NCBI GenBank assembly: GCA_903872035.1
Contig: CAIQIZ010000028.1
Coordinates: 24,038-88,037, forward strand
DNA length: 64,000 nucleotides
From: an uncultured bacterium
GTDB lineage: Bacteria > Patescibacteriota > Minisyncoccia > Phycocordibacterales > PALSA-1337
Reading direction: 5' to 3'
Below, one piece after another: positions 1 through 8,949 of this stretch (the first letter of the stretch is position 1; the number at the start of each line of letters is the position of its first letter). The notes beneath the pieces are model-generated. The model was not told where the DNA came from. It worked only from the letters and a program-made list of their open reading frames with translations, and did not search any database. A program made the position numbers and the translations under genes.

Positions 1-1
1 T

Positions 2-418
2 GAGATATCACGAATTCAGACACAACTCGTAACAGTTAGAGCAAACATCGCCAATACCTCTGATACTTTGACGATAAGATCGCTTCGGGATCAAGAAACA
101 TCCTTAGTTAATCAGGACTCTGCACAAAGACAGAAGTTAACTTCCGAAAACAATAGCTACGCAGCCCAAAAACAGAACCTGGACAATCAGATCTCGAACC
201 TTAATAACAGTTTGACCAACATCAACAAGCAAGACACTCAGTTCACTAATAATGTAGAGACGGTAAATGGTTATGTTATGGTCAATTGGATTAGCTTGTG
301 GGACTTGGCAACGATATTCTCTCCCATATCCCCTGTTATAATCATTATCATTCTAGTAATAATTCTCTTGTTTTATCTCCAACGCTCTAGATTCGTACCT
401 CGTATTGAGTGGCAATAA
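2..418 (+). CDS. 5'-truncated coiled-coil protein with C-terminal transmembrane segment
   Basis: Frame is open from position 2 to the TAA ending at 418; Q/N-rich heptad-like sequence then hydrophobic IIIIILVIILLF. Confidence 0.7.
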   Translation, partial: EISRIQTQLVTVRANIANTSDTLTIRSLRDQETSLVNQDSAQRQKLTSENNSYAAQKQNLDNQISNLNNSLTNINKQDTQFTNNVETVNGYVMVNWISLWDLATIFSPISPVIIIIILVIILLFYLQRSRFVPRIEWQ

Positions 419-443
419 AAAAACCGCCAATGAATTTGGCGGC
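418..443. terminator. Probable intrinsic terminator between convergent genes
   Basis: A-tract followed by CCGCCAA-tgaat-TTGGCGG hairpin (U-tract on the minus strand, downstream of holA). Confidence 0.5.
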
Positions 444-464
444 CAGTGGCTTTGATCTTCAGGA

Positions 465-1199
465 TTATCTCCCTATCCTCAGCATCATCCTCTCTGTCGC
501 CAATTCCAAGTCGTTCATTCCCCTATGCCCATTGTGGTACATAGAGATAATATCTCCAGACAATTTCGCTAATTCATTCTCTGAATAATTGGCCGCATAT
601 CTCTTTGATTTACTAAAAACAAATGGACTCAAACCGCATTCGCTAGCAGTTTTTGCTTTGGCAGCTAAAAGCATCGACTTTACCTGCCAAAAAATTGTAC
701 CGAGAATGCTTTCTGATTCCAAGCCATCATCTACAGCCTGACGATAAATAGTCCAAGCTTTGAATGGATCGCGTGAACCGATAGCATCGGCTAGAGCAAA
801 TATGTTGAAATCTTGTTTCTTAAAAGACGTCGAACTGGCTGATTTCTCTTCGGATACGACCACTTTTTCTGCAGACTTCTCAAAAGCCTTCTTTAATTCC
901 ACATTCAACTTGCCCTCTAAAGCAACAAAGATATTCGGCGATTCATTCATGGCTGCCATAAAGCCAGAAATTCCCTCTTTTGCTTCGTCATTTTCCGTCA
1001 CGCGATCCAAAAATATAATGTACTTATTCGAAAATAATCCCTGGCCACCAAGATGGCTTTCAATAGTTGAGGTGTTCCAATTGTCGCCACTCACCTCTTC
1101 GAACGCAGCATCAGGCTTCTTGGCACGCAAAGAATCGATGAGCTTGTGAGCCTTCTCGCGCGATTGTCGTATGTCTAATCCATGAAAAACGTAGAGCAT
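465..1199 (-). CDS. holA: DNA polymerase III delta subunit, short form
   Basis: N-terminal MLYVFHG, GLFSNKYIIFL motif, C-terminal FNIFALADAI..., PFVFSK and ELATERMML pattern typical of HolA; next to polA. Confidence 0.75.
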   Translation of the reverse strand: MLYVFHGLDIRQSREKAHKLIDSLRAKKPDAAFEEVSGDNWNTSTIESHLGGQGLFSNKYIIFLDRVTENDEAKEGISGFMAAMNESPNIFVALEGKLNVELKKAFEKSAEKVVVSEEKSASSTSFKKQDFNIFALADAIGSRDPFKAWTIYRQAVDDGLESESILGTIFWQVKSMLLAAKAKTASECGLSPFVFSKSKRYAANYSENELAKLSGDIISMYHNGHRGMNDLELATERMMLRIGR

Positions 1200-1233
1200 T
1201 ATGATAAATTCTTAATGATTAATGCCAAATTAT

Positions 1234-3690
1234 TCACTTAAGTTCCCCCCAATTATTACCAACTGCTGCTGATGACTTCATAACTATACCTTTCGTATCT
1301 TTCGGATCGACGATCGATTCCATTATCTCCTCTATCTTTACCGCTATTTCCTTGGATTTTGATTCTCGAATTTCATATATCAGTTCATCATGGACCTGAA
1401 GCAAAGCATAAACGTCGTCCTCTAATTTATTGGCATGAATATATTCATCGATACGAATCATTGCGAGCTTTATAATATCTGCTTCTGTTCCCTGAATCGG
1501 CGCATTAATGGCCATACGCTCCGCTTGCGCTTTGATATATGGGATCCTGGAATTTATACCTTCGAAGTATCGTCGGCGACCGAAAAATGTTTCTGTGTAG
1601 CCACGCCGCGCAGTTTCCGCTTTTACCTTATTTAGATAATCGGCCAAGGTCGAAAATGTTGTAAAATAATCATTCAAGAAATTCTGCGCCTCCTCGCGGC
1701 TAGTGCCCAAGTTCTGTTTCAAAGCCAGCACTCCCATCCCATAAATGATTCCAAAGTTGATGACTTTGGCTCGTCTACGCATCTCGGGAGTAACCTGTTC
1801 CTTTGGTACCTTGAAAACGAATGAGGCAACCGATGTGTGAACATCCTCCCCTTTCTTGAATATATCTATAAGTTTTTCATCGCCTGAAAGAAAAGCTGCT
1901 ATGCGCAATTCTATTTGAGAATAATCGAAGCTGGCCAACTTGAATCCCTTTTCTGCAATGAAAGCGGTTCGAATAGCCTTTCCAAGATCACTCTTAATAG
2001 GAATGTTCTGTAGATTGGGATTGATTGAAGCCATACGACCAGTCGTCGTGCCAGATGGGACGAAATCTGTATGTAGGCGATCGTCAGCATCTAACTGCGG
2101 AGGAATAGAATCAATGTATGTCGACAACAACTTAGCGAGTTCTCGATATTCGAATAGAAGCGGCACGATCGGATGCAGGTCTCTCAATTTCTCCAATTCC
2201 GATTCTTTTGTAGATCGGGCTCCGCCGCCAGTTTTCTTCATATTCTTACCTTTGAGGCCGAGCTTGTCGAATAAAACATCACCTAACTGCTTCGGTGAAT
2301 TCACATTGAATTCCATTCCAGCCAATTTCCATATCTCTTTTTCCAACCGGGACAATTCCTTGTGATAAGTTTTGCCCAATTCAGCCAAAAGGGCTCGATC
2401 TATTTTAATCCCGCGCTTCTCCATGGCATGAGTAATGGGAATAAGCGGTAATTCAATAGTATCGTAAATTTTAATTAAATCTTTTTTCTTTAACTCGCCG
2501 AGAATTATCTCCTTGGCTTTCTCAAAATCATCCGTTCCAGCGAATTGTAAAATGTCTTCGATCTTTGGATTGGTTGTATCTGAATGGATGAGCCAGAGAG
2601 CAAGGCCAACTTTTTCGACTTCTTCAGGATTTACGTTCGAAGGAAACGATAGAGTCCCGTTGTTGATATTTTTTTCGCTAGTTTTGGTCTTTTCTGGTCT
2701 TTTTGTTTGTGATCTCTCTCCTTCCTCCTTCCTCCCTGCTCCTTGCTCTTTTCCGTCCCATCTACCCATAAGTTGTGCTAATCTCTGCGGCAAAGTCCGA
2801 AACTCTAGATCCCGCCACAGCGCTTCGACTTTCTTCACATCCAAACCTTCTTTGAAGTTCTTCTCTGGAAGTTTGAAATCAATGGGTGAATCGCGACGGA
2901 TCGTGGCTAGCATCTTACTGAATTCGGCTTCTTCCTTGTTATCTTTGAGCAATTGAATGATCCGTGGTTTTATTCCAGCTTTGAGAAATGCCTGGTCATT
3001 GCCAGCATCTAATTCTTTGAATAAGTTTTCAATAGTCCCAAATGATTTGATTAAAGTTGTTGCTGTGACATCACCTATTCCTTTTACGCCAATAATATTA
3101 TCCGATGGATCGCCTCGCAATCCTTTGTAGTCGGGAATAAGTTTTGGCCCAAAACCAAAACGATCATTCACAGCCTTTTCGTCGTACATGATGGTATCGT
3201 TTATTCCCTTCTTCAATGTGTAAACCTGAACTCTTTTGTCATCCACGAGTTGCAGAGTGTCCATGTCGCCAGAAGCTATGATGATATCTGTTCCAATTTC
3301 TCTCCGCTTTACTTGTTCCACAATAGTACCTAGCATGTCATCTGCCTCAAATCCTTCTTTTTGGTAAATGGGAATGTCAAAAGCCGCAAAAATGTTGCGT
3401 GAACTAATCATTTGCGCCACCAATGCATCATCAGCTTTCTTGCGGCCAGCTTTGTAGTCCTTGTAGGCCTCATGACGATAAGTCGGCCCTTTAACGTCGT
3501 AACAAGCGATAACATAATCCGGCTTCAAATCCTCGATTATCTTTAATAACATCGCTGATAGACCATAAAGGGCTCCAGTCGGCTCGCCTTTGGCCGTAGC
3601 AAAGTCCGGCAAAGCGTGATAAGCCCGATGCAGGATGGCGTGAGAATCAAGAAGCACTAGTTTCTTGTTATTTTTGGTGGAATCGCTCAT
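1234..3690 (-). CDS. polA: DNA polymerase I (5'-3' exonuclease + polymerase; 3'-5' exonuclease domain largely absent)
   Basis: LVLLDSHAILHRAYHA, EADD and GDPSDNIIGVKGIG 5'-nuclease motifs; motifs A (FDYSQIELR), B (RRRAKVINFGIIYG) and C (LQVHDEL). Confidence 0.97.
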   Translation of the reverse strand: MSDSTKNNKKLVLLDSHAILHRAYHALPDFATAKGEPTGALYGLSAMLLKIIEDLKPDYVIACYDVKGPTYRHEAYKDYKAGRKKADDALVAQMISSRNIFAAFDIPIYQKEGFEADDMLGTIVEQVKRREIGTDIIIASGDMDTLQLVDDKRVQVYTLKKGINDTIMYDEKAVNDRFGFGPKLIPDYKGLRGDPSDNIIGVKGIGDVTATTLIKSFGTIENLFKELDAGNDQAFLKAGIKPRIIQLLKDNKEEAEFSKMLATIRRDSPIDFKLPEKNFKEGLDVKKVEALWRDLEFRTLPQRLAQLMGRWDGKEQGAGRKEEGERSQTKRPEKTKTSEKNINNGTLSFPSNVNPEEVEKVGLALWLIHSDTTNPKIEDILQFAGTDDFEKAKEIILGELKKKDLIKIYDTIELPLIPITHAMEKRGIKIDRALLAELGKTYHKELSRLEKEIWKLAGMEFNVNSPKQLGDVLFDKLGLKGKNMKKTGGGARSTKESELEKLRDLHPIVPLLFEYRELAKLLSTYIDSIPPQLDADDRLHTDFVPSGTTTGRMASINPNLQNIPIKSDLGKAIRTAFIAEKGFKLASFDYSQIELRIAAFLSGDEKLIDIFKKGEDVHTSVASFVFKVPKEQVTPEMRRRAKVINFGIIYGMGVLALKQNLGTSREEAQNFLNDYFTTFSTLADYLNKVKAETARRGYTETFFGRRRYFEGINSRIPYIKAQAERMAINAPIQGTEADIIKLAMIRIDEYIHANKLEDDVYALLQVHDELIYEIRESKSKEIAVKIEEIMESIVDPKDTKGIVMKSSAAVGNNWGELK
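2713..2747. repeat. Heptamer tandem array (CCTT[C/G]CT-type) inside the polA linker
   Basis: tctctct-ccttcct-ccttcct-ccctgct-ccttgct; the same family occurs at 22761-22795, 34235-34269 and 60304-60422. Confidence 0.75.
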
Positions 3691-3705
3691 AAATGCATTG
3701 TATCA

Positions 3706-4167
3706 CTAACTAATAGAAATATGATGGTTACCGTCGATGATTTCAAAATTTAGACTTGCTCCTTCTACAAATTCCTTCAATCCAACATTTTCCGGCCACT
3801 CGATCATAATCAGGTTGTTCGCATCGCTCACCAGCTGCTCGAAATTCAATGCCTCTAATTCCTGGCGTTTTTCCAGACGATAGGCATCGATGTGAATCAG
3901 ACGCATAGGTCTGACCTTGGAGGCATCATTTAGGTCTGACCTATCATATATTTTCATCAGTACGAACGTTGGGCTGGTCACAGTCTCAAGAACACCTAGT
4001 TCCTTGGCAATTGCCTTAACAAATGCCGTCTTCCCTGCCCCCAAGTGACCGGAAAGGCCGACCACCAAAGCTTCGTCTGATCCAGCGTGCGATTTGGCGA
4101 CTTCTGCCAGCCAATGGCTAGCAATTTTCTCCGTTTCTTCCATTGAATGGGAAATGAGGGTATTCAT
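3706..4167 (-). CDS. tsaE: tRNA threonylcarbamoyladenosine biosynthesis ATPase TsaE
   Basis: GHLGAGKT P-loop, VTSPTF, HIDAYRL and IEWPE motifs. Confidence 0.95.
   Translation of the reverse strand: MNTLISHSMEETEKIASHWLAEVAKSHAGSDEALVVGLSGHLGAGKTAFVKAIAKELGVLETVTSPTFVLMKIYDRSDLNDASKVRPMRLIHIDAYRLEKRQELEALNFEQLVSDANNLIMIEWPENVGLKEFVEGASLNFEIIDGNHHISIS
3906..3943. repeat. Two AGGTCTGACCT palindromes 25 bp apart inside tsaE
   Basis: Copies at 3907-3917 and 3932-3942. Confidence 0.8.
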
Positions 4168-4216
4168 GTTGATAATATAGCATTTTCATCAGCACATTTC
4201 TGGTATACTTAAACCA

Positions 4217-5890
4217 ATGACATTAGTCTTTGATGAAGATAAGCAAAAACGCCGATTAGACGACCTCTTACACAAAGAGGAGGAGGATCTGGTGCAGCTC
4301 TTATCCGGTAAATACGGCGTCGAGTATGTGAACCTCCAAACCATCAACACTAATGCTGATGCTCTGCGATTGATTGAAGAGGCGACTGCTCGAGCTGCCC
4401 AAGTCGCTGCCTACGCCCTCATAGACAAGAAAGTCAAAGTGGCGGCACGAAATCCGCAGGACGAAAAAGTAAAAGCTGTTCTAGAGACCCTCAAAACAAA
4501 GGGTTACACAACAGAACTACATATCACCTCTACACAGAGCTTGGAAAAAGCCTGGAAGACGTACAAGGACCTGTCATTCGCTTATGAAAGCAAAGCTGGT
4601 TCCTTGGAGATATCCAGTGAAGATATCGCTTCGATCATAGATAAGGCCAAAAACATGCCGGCGGTCATCGATATTCTGAAAGGGACCATGGCAGCAAAAA
4701 AAAGCTACCGTGTCTCGCGTATCCTGGAAACTATGGTGGCCGGTGCCTTAGCGGTAGACGCCTCCGACATACACTTGGAACCAGAGGAAACATTCATCCG
4801 TTTGCGTTATCGGTTGGATGGTGTACTCCAGGAACTCATTACCTTTGACGCCGAAACTTATGGCTTGCTTTTGTCGCGCATCAAACTGATCTCTGGCATG
4901 AAGCTCAATATCAAGAAGGATTCCCAGGACGGACGCTTCAGCATCAAACTAGCGATCGGCGAGATAGAGGTGCGCGTCTCCATCCTTCCCGGTGCTTATA
5001 ACGAATCAGTGGTCATGCGTATCTTGAACCCAAAGACCATAAGCGTTCCTTTGGAAGAGCTCGGTATCAATCCGAAATTGCTGACTCTTCTTCTCAAAGA
5101 AATGGACAGGCCTGATGGAATGATCCTTACGACCGGACCGACTGGTTCTGGAAAGACCACTACACTTTACGCATTCCTTAAGAAGATCCACACACCCCAG
5201 GTGAAGATCATCACCATCGAAGACCCGATCGAATACCATTTGCCCGGCATCGTTCAAACCCAAGTCAATGATAAGGGTTATACCTTCTTGGAAGGTTTGC
5301 GAGCCGCTGTCAGACAAGACCCGGATATCATCATGGTAGGTGAAATCCGCGACAACGAAACAGCCGATATTGCGATCAATTCCGCTCTGACCGGTCACAT
5401 GGTCTTTTCGACTCTACACACCAATGACGCCGCTGGCACCTTCCCCCGTCTCATCGACTTGGGTGTGAATTCAAAGGTCATAACCTCGGCCTTGCGCGTG
5501 GCCATGGCCCAACGCTTGGCACGCCGACTCTGTCAGTTCTGTAAAAAAGAAATCGTCCTAGCAGGCGACGCTCAACAAGCCATAGAGACTGTCGTAAATG
5601 ACATCGAGGACAAGGATCTCGTTCCGGCCGATCGTTCGAAGGTTTGGGAACCTGCAGGCTGTGATAAGTGCAACATGACTGGTTACAAAGGCCGTATCGG
5701 CATATATGAAGCTATTTCTACAGACGAGAAAATCGAAGACGCCATAGAACGGAATCCTAGCGAAAGAGAGATCTGGGCTGCAGCAAAAGGCCAAGGGTTA
5801 TTGACCATGAGACAAGATGGTGTCTTAAAGATATTGAAAGGTGTAACTTCCCTCTCAGAACTGGAGAGAGTGATTGCATTGACTGACTAG
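4217..5890 (+). CDS. pilB: Type IV pilus assembly / GspE-family ATPase (PilB-like)
   Basis: ASDIHLEP, RYRLDG, QDGRF, Walker A GPTGSGKT, TIEDPIEY, RQDPDIIMVGEIRD, STLHTND, tetracysteine CQFC...CDKC. Confidence 0.9.
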   Translation: MTLVFDEDKQKRRLDDLLHKEEEDLVQLLSGKYGVEYVNLQTINTNADALRLIEEATARAAQVAAYALIDKKVKVAARNPQDEKVKAVLETLKTKGYTTELHITSTQSLEKAWKTYKDLSFAYESKAGSLEISSEDIASIIDKAKNMPAVIDILKGTMAAKKSYRVSRILETMVAGALAVDASDIHLEPEETFIRLRYRLDGVLQELITFDAETYGLLLSRIKLISGMKLNIKKDSQDGRFSIKLAIGEIEVRVSILPGAYNESVVMRILNPKTISVPLEELGINPKLLTLLLKEMDRPDGMILTTGPTGSGKTTTLYAFLKKIHTPQVKIITIEDPIEYHLPGIVQTQVNDKGYTFLEGLRAAVRQDPDIIMVGEIRDNETADIAINSALTGHMVFSTLHTNDAAGTFPRLIDLGVNSKVITSALRVAMAQRLARRLCQFCKKEIVLAGDAQQAIETVVNDIEDKDLVPADRSKVWEPAGCDKCNMTGYKGRIGIYEAISTDEKIEDAIERNPSEREIWAAAKGQGLLTMRQDGVLKILKGVTSLSELERVIALTD

Positions 5891-5906
5891 TCTAAAATAC
5901 CTACCT

Positions 5907-6716
5907 ATGAATAAAGCATCTCTGTATATCATCACATTAGTTGCAATCTACAGTATCTATTCAACCGCACATTCGTCAACTGGCACGTCACCGGATTATT
6001 ATTCTGGGCCAGATACTAATTGCACCTTTACGGCGAAGTACGACGCGACTTCATCCGCGATAGCTGGACCGGGTTATTTGATACTCGCGATCAATTCCGT
6101 GAGCAAACCCCCATCAGCTAGATGTCCGGTCATCGCAGGTAAATATTTTGGCGTCAGAAAAGACTACTTCAAAGATATAACATTTAATTCAACAGACGTA
6201 CTGGGATTTTCAGTCAGCCTGTCCTGCGGGGGCGCATGCTTTGTAGACATGCATTTGGCGTTAGTGAACGGAATAGCAACTACATCAATAATACGCGGAG
6301 GGATTAGCGGGTACAGCAAATACGAGCCCGAGATTACTCTCCAGAATGACATTATTCAAGGGCGCAATGATAACTGGTTCAAGTGGAACGGAACTCCTGT
6401 AGTCGCAAAGACAGAACCGCAAGTAACTACAACCTGTTCTTATAATTTAATGGCTGATGCAAAGTCACACATTGACCTATATGTCGGATCGAACAATGCC
6501 GTTGTACGAACACTCCAGCAGATATTGAACAGTGACCAAGACACAATGATTGCTACAAGCGGCCCAGGATCAAAAGGTCTGGAGACAACGTACTTCGGTT
6601 ATCTAACCAAACAAGCCGTAATCAAATTCCAGAAAAAATATTCCATAACTCCGGCTGCCGGCTTTGTTGGACCGAAGACACGGGCACAACTAAATATGGT
6701 CTGCACTTCTGTATAA
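5907..6716 (+). CDS. Secreted protein with C-terminal peptidoglycan-binding-like domain
   Basis: Signal peptide; C-terminal VRTLQQILN...GPGSKGLETTYFGYLTKQAVIKFQ...GFVGPKTRAQLN (PG_binding_1-like). Confidence 0.8.
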   Translation: MNKASLYIITLVAIYSIYSTAHSSTGTSPDYYSGPDTNCTFTAKYDATSSAIAGPGYLILAINSVSKPPSARCPVIAGKYFGVRKDYFKDITFNSTDVLGFSVSLSCGGACFVDMHLALVNGIATTSIIRGGISGYSKYEPEITLQNDIIQGRNDNWFKWNGTPVVAKTEPQVTTTCSYNLMADAKSHIDLYVGSNNAVVRTLQQILNSDQDTMIATSGPGSKGLETTYFGYLTKQAVIKFQKKYSITPAAGFVGPKTRAQLNMVCTSV

Positions 6717-6762
6717 TTCGGGATATAAAGATATCTCTAACCTTTAGTGAAAAACTCCTGAT

Positions 6763-8649
6763 TTACATCTGCACTATCGGGAATAATATCTCATTAATTC
6801 TCGGGAAGAATCCCGTCGTTTCGCTAGCGTTGCTGTGATAATATTTTCGATTATCGAACACCAACCCATTGTCGAGCACCTCCGCTCCGTTCGCGTATCC
6901 CCATCCATCTGGATGAATAAACGGGTATGCTTTACACTTTTCATAGAAACTTCCAAAGGCCATCAAACCTAACCCGCCACTAGCAGCTGGATATTGCTCT
7001 GCTAATGCAACCATCTCGGCCGCCGTAGCGGCACGATAACCGGCAGGAATTAAACCCGCCACTTCAGTTTGTGAAGTTCTACCACTCATTCCCGCACTCC
7101 TCACTCCAGTCTGAACAATCCTCAACAATTTCATTACTTGCTGTTGAGTTCCCGCACCTTGATAAGTATTCGTATACCCGTCCGTGTATGTGCTGTAATC
7201 AACTTGAACTGTATATTTTAGACTCGGAACAGCACTCAAAGCACCGTAGGTTAGGGCTGGAGCATTGGTGGCTGGAAGAGAATCCCGGGAGATCGGAACC
7301 CATATACTGTCCTCCACCACAATGACCGGCGCATTAGCATAGATATTCCCAAGCTTTGAAGTTGCAAAGATGAAATTTGTTGAAATATCCGTATTCCCAA
7401 TCGTTCTAATGCTTTTACCATTCGCGGTTGTTGTACGTTCGCTGACAAATGGGACAGAGAATCCGGTTTTATTGCCAGAATATGGACCATCAGCTGTATT
7501 GCTGAAGGTAGTAACAGAATTTACTTTTATCGTTGAACCGAATGCTGAACCGTAAATCTGTGGGTAGCGAGTGACGAGAACAACAAGTTCCTGAAGAGTA
7601 ATTGGCCTATACCCCTTTGCTTTTATTGCAGCGGCAAATTGATCATAAGTAACGTTGGTTAAAATATTCTGTTTGCATCCACATTTCGATATAGCCCCGC
7701 TATCTATAGTGCTAGTAACATTTGGAAACAACTCAGCCAGAGTTAATACTCTTGCGACGATATTTTTCTGACCGCTACCGGTATTTGAAAACATTCCCAG
7801 CGAAACATAGTCAGAAACACTTGTCGGTGCGAGCGCGGCAACTACAGAATCCAATGTTTGACCATAATTCACGGTTAGCGGATATGTACCGGGAGCTGCC
7901 ACGGCTGCTGGTACTGTCGGTGCCGCAACAGTATTCAAGTCAGCAGAGGCAGGAGCGACACTAACAGTTTCAGAAGATGTAACTGGTGGTATAGTAGCGG
8001 CTTGTTGTGAAGGATCGCTGGCAGTATTTGCATTGCCATTATAGACCGCCGGATCTAGGTAGGCTGAACTACCACCTGCGTTTAGTTGACCTATTAGTTG
8101 ACCGAGAAGTGCTGAACCATTTTGAGTATTGGCGGCACCAGTAGCTGAAGAAGTCAAGGTACAGGTATATCCTGCCGGACAGACCGGCGCAGTTGTTTGA
8201 GCAATAGGTGTACACGTGAATCCAGCCGGACACTGAACTACGCCCGTGCTCGCCCTAGGCACTGGTCCGCTTCTGACATTTGAAGCTGTTGTGGCACATC
8301 CATAAAGATTGTTCATCTTGTTTCTCGTATAATCTCCAAAATATCCGTTACCTGATGTCATGCCGTTGGGGACCAAAATAGTTGATGAGTATTTTTCCTG
8401 AAAAGCCTTTACCGCATCGGAAACAACAGTAGTATAGGAAGTAATGTTCACTCCCGAACTCCAAAGGCCTTCACTGACTAGATCTGCTTTCAGAGCAGCT
8501 GCTTCGGCGGAAGTCAACACTGCATTAAGTCCGAAATTTTTGGTAAAGGTGTAACAGGAGGTGGAGGCTTGAGTTCTTGATATTCCTGAGCTGCTAGCAA
8601 AAGAGGCGATCAGAAGTGTAAAAGTTAGATAAGTAATAGTCTTTTTCAT
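6763..8649 (-). CDS. Large secreted protein: PG-binding-like N-terminus, CPxGxTC repeats, duplicated C-terminal domain
   Basis: Signal peptide; AVKAFQEKY...GYFGDYTRNKMN; QCPAGFTC and VCPAGYTC; GYRPITLQELVVLVTRYP and GYRAATAAEMVALAEQYP. Confidence 0.75.
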   Translation of the reverse strand: MKKTITYLTFTLLIASFASSSGISRTQASTSCYTFTKNFGLNAVLTSAEAAALKADLVSEGLWSSGVNITSYTTVVSDAVKAFQEKYSSTILVPNGMTSGNGYFGDYTRNKMNNLYGCATTASNVRSGPVPRASTGVVQCPAGFTCTPIAQTTAPVCPAGYTCTLTSSATGAANTQNGSALLGQLIGQLNAGGSSAYLDPAVYNGNANTASDPSQQAATIPPVTSSETVSVAPASADLNTVAAPTVPAAVAAPGTYPLTVNYGQTLDSVVAALAPTSVSDYVSLGMFSNTGSGQKNIVARVLTLAELFPNVTSTIDSGAISKCGCKQNILTNVTYDQFAAAIKAKGYRPITLQELVVLVTRYPQIYGSAFGSTIKVNSVTTFSNTADGPYSGNKTGFSVPFVSERTTTANGKSIRTIGNTDISTNFIFATSKLGNIYANAPVIVVEDSIWVPISRDSLPATNAPALTYGALSAVPSLKYTVQVDYSTYTDGYTNTYQGAGTQQQVMKLLRIVQTGVRSAGMSGRTSQTEVAGLIPAGYRAATAAEMVALAEQYPAASGGLGLMAFGSFYEKCKAYPFIHPDGWGYANGAEVLDNGLVFDNRKYYHSNASETTGFFPRINEILFPIVQM

Positions 8650-8817
8650 GTTTATTATTGAAACAAAAATTAAGTAATAAGCCGCATCCCAGTAGTTTAC
8701 CTCACCCTATCACAAATTACCAAAGACATGATGGGGATATGAATAGGGTTCACCCCATAATTTAAGCAAGCGACAAATCAGAGACTGTTTCAAAGTGAAA
8801 AAATGGGGTGTAATCCG

Positions 8818-8899
8818 CTATCCCGACAAGCGAGGAGCGTATAAATGCTCACATTTATAACGTCCGAGCGAAGTCGGGAAAGGAGCGAAGCGACTATCC
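8818..8899 (+). repeat. ~81 bp hairpin element, family 1, copy A
   Basis: CTATCC direct repeats at both ends; stem tcccgac/gtcggga, AAGCGA...GAGCGAA internal loop, 3' GAGCGAAGCGA; homologous to copies at 26403, 32028 and 52254. Confidence 0.75.
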
Positions 8900-8949
8900 A
8901 CAGTTTTTGTGTTGCTTTTATATTTATGATGAGGGAGTATGCGAGAAGT

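Noticed and set aside
6763-8649. Diversity-generating retroelement
   Set aside because: No reverse transcriptase or template/variable repeat pair was seen in the window.
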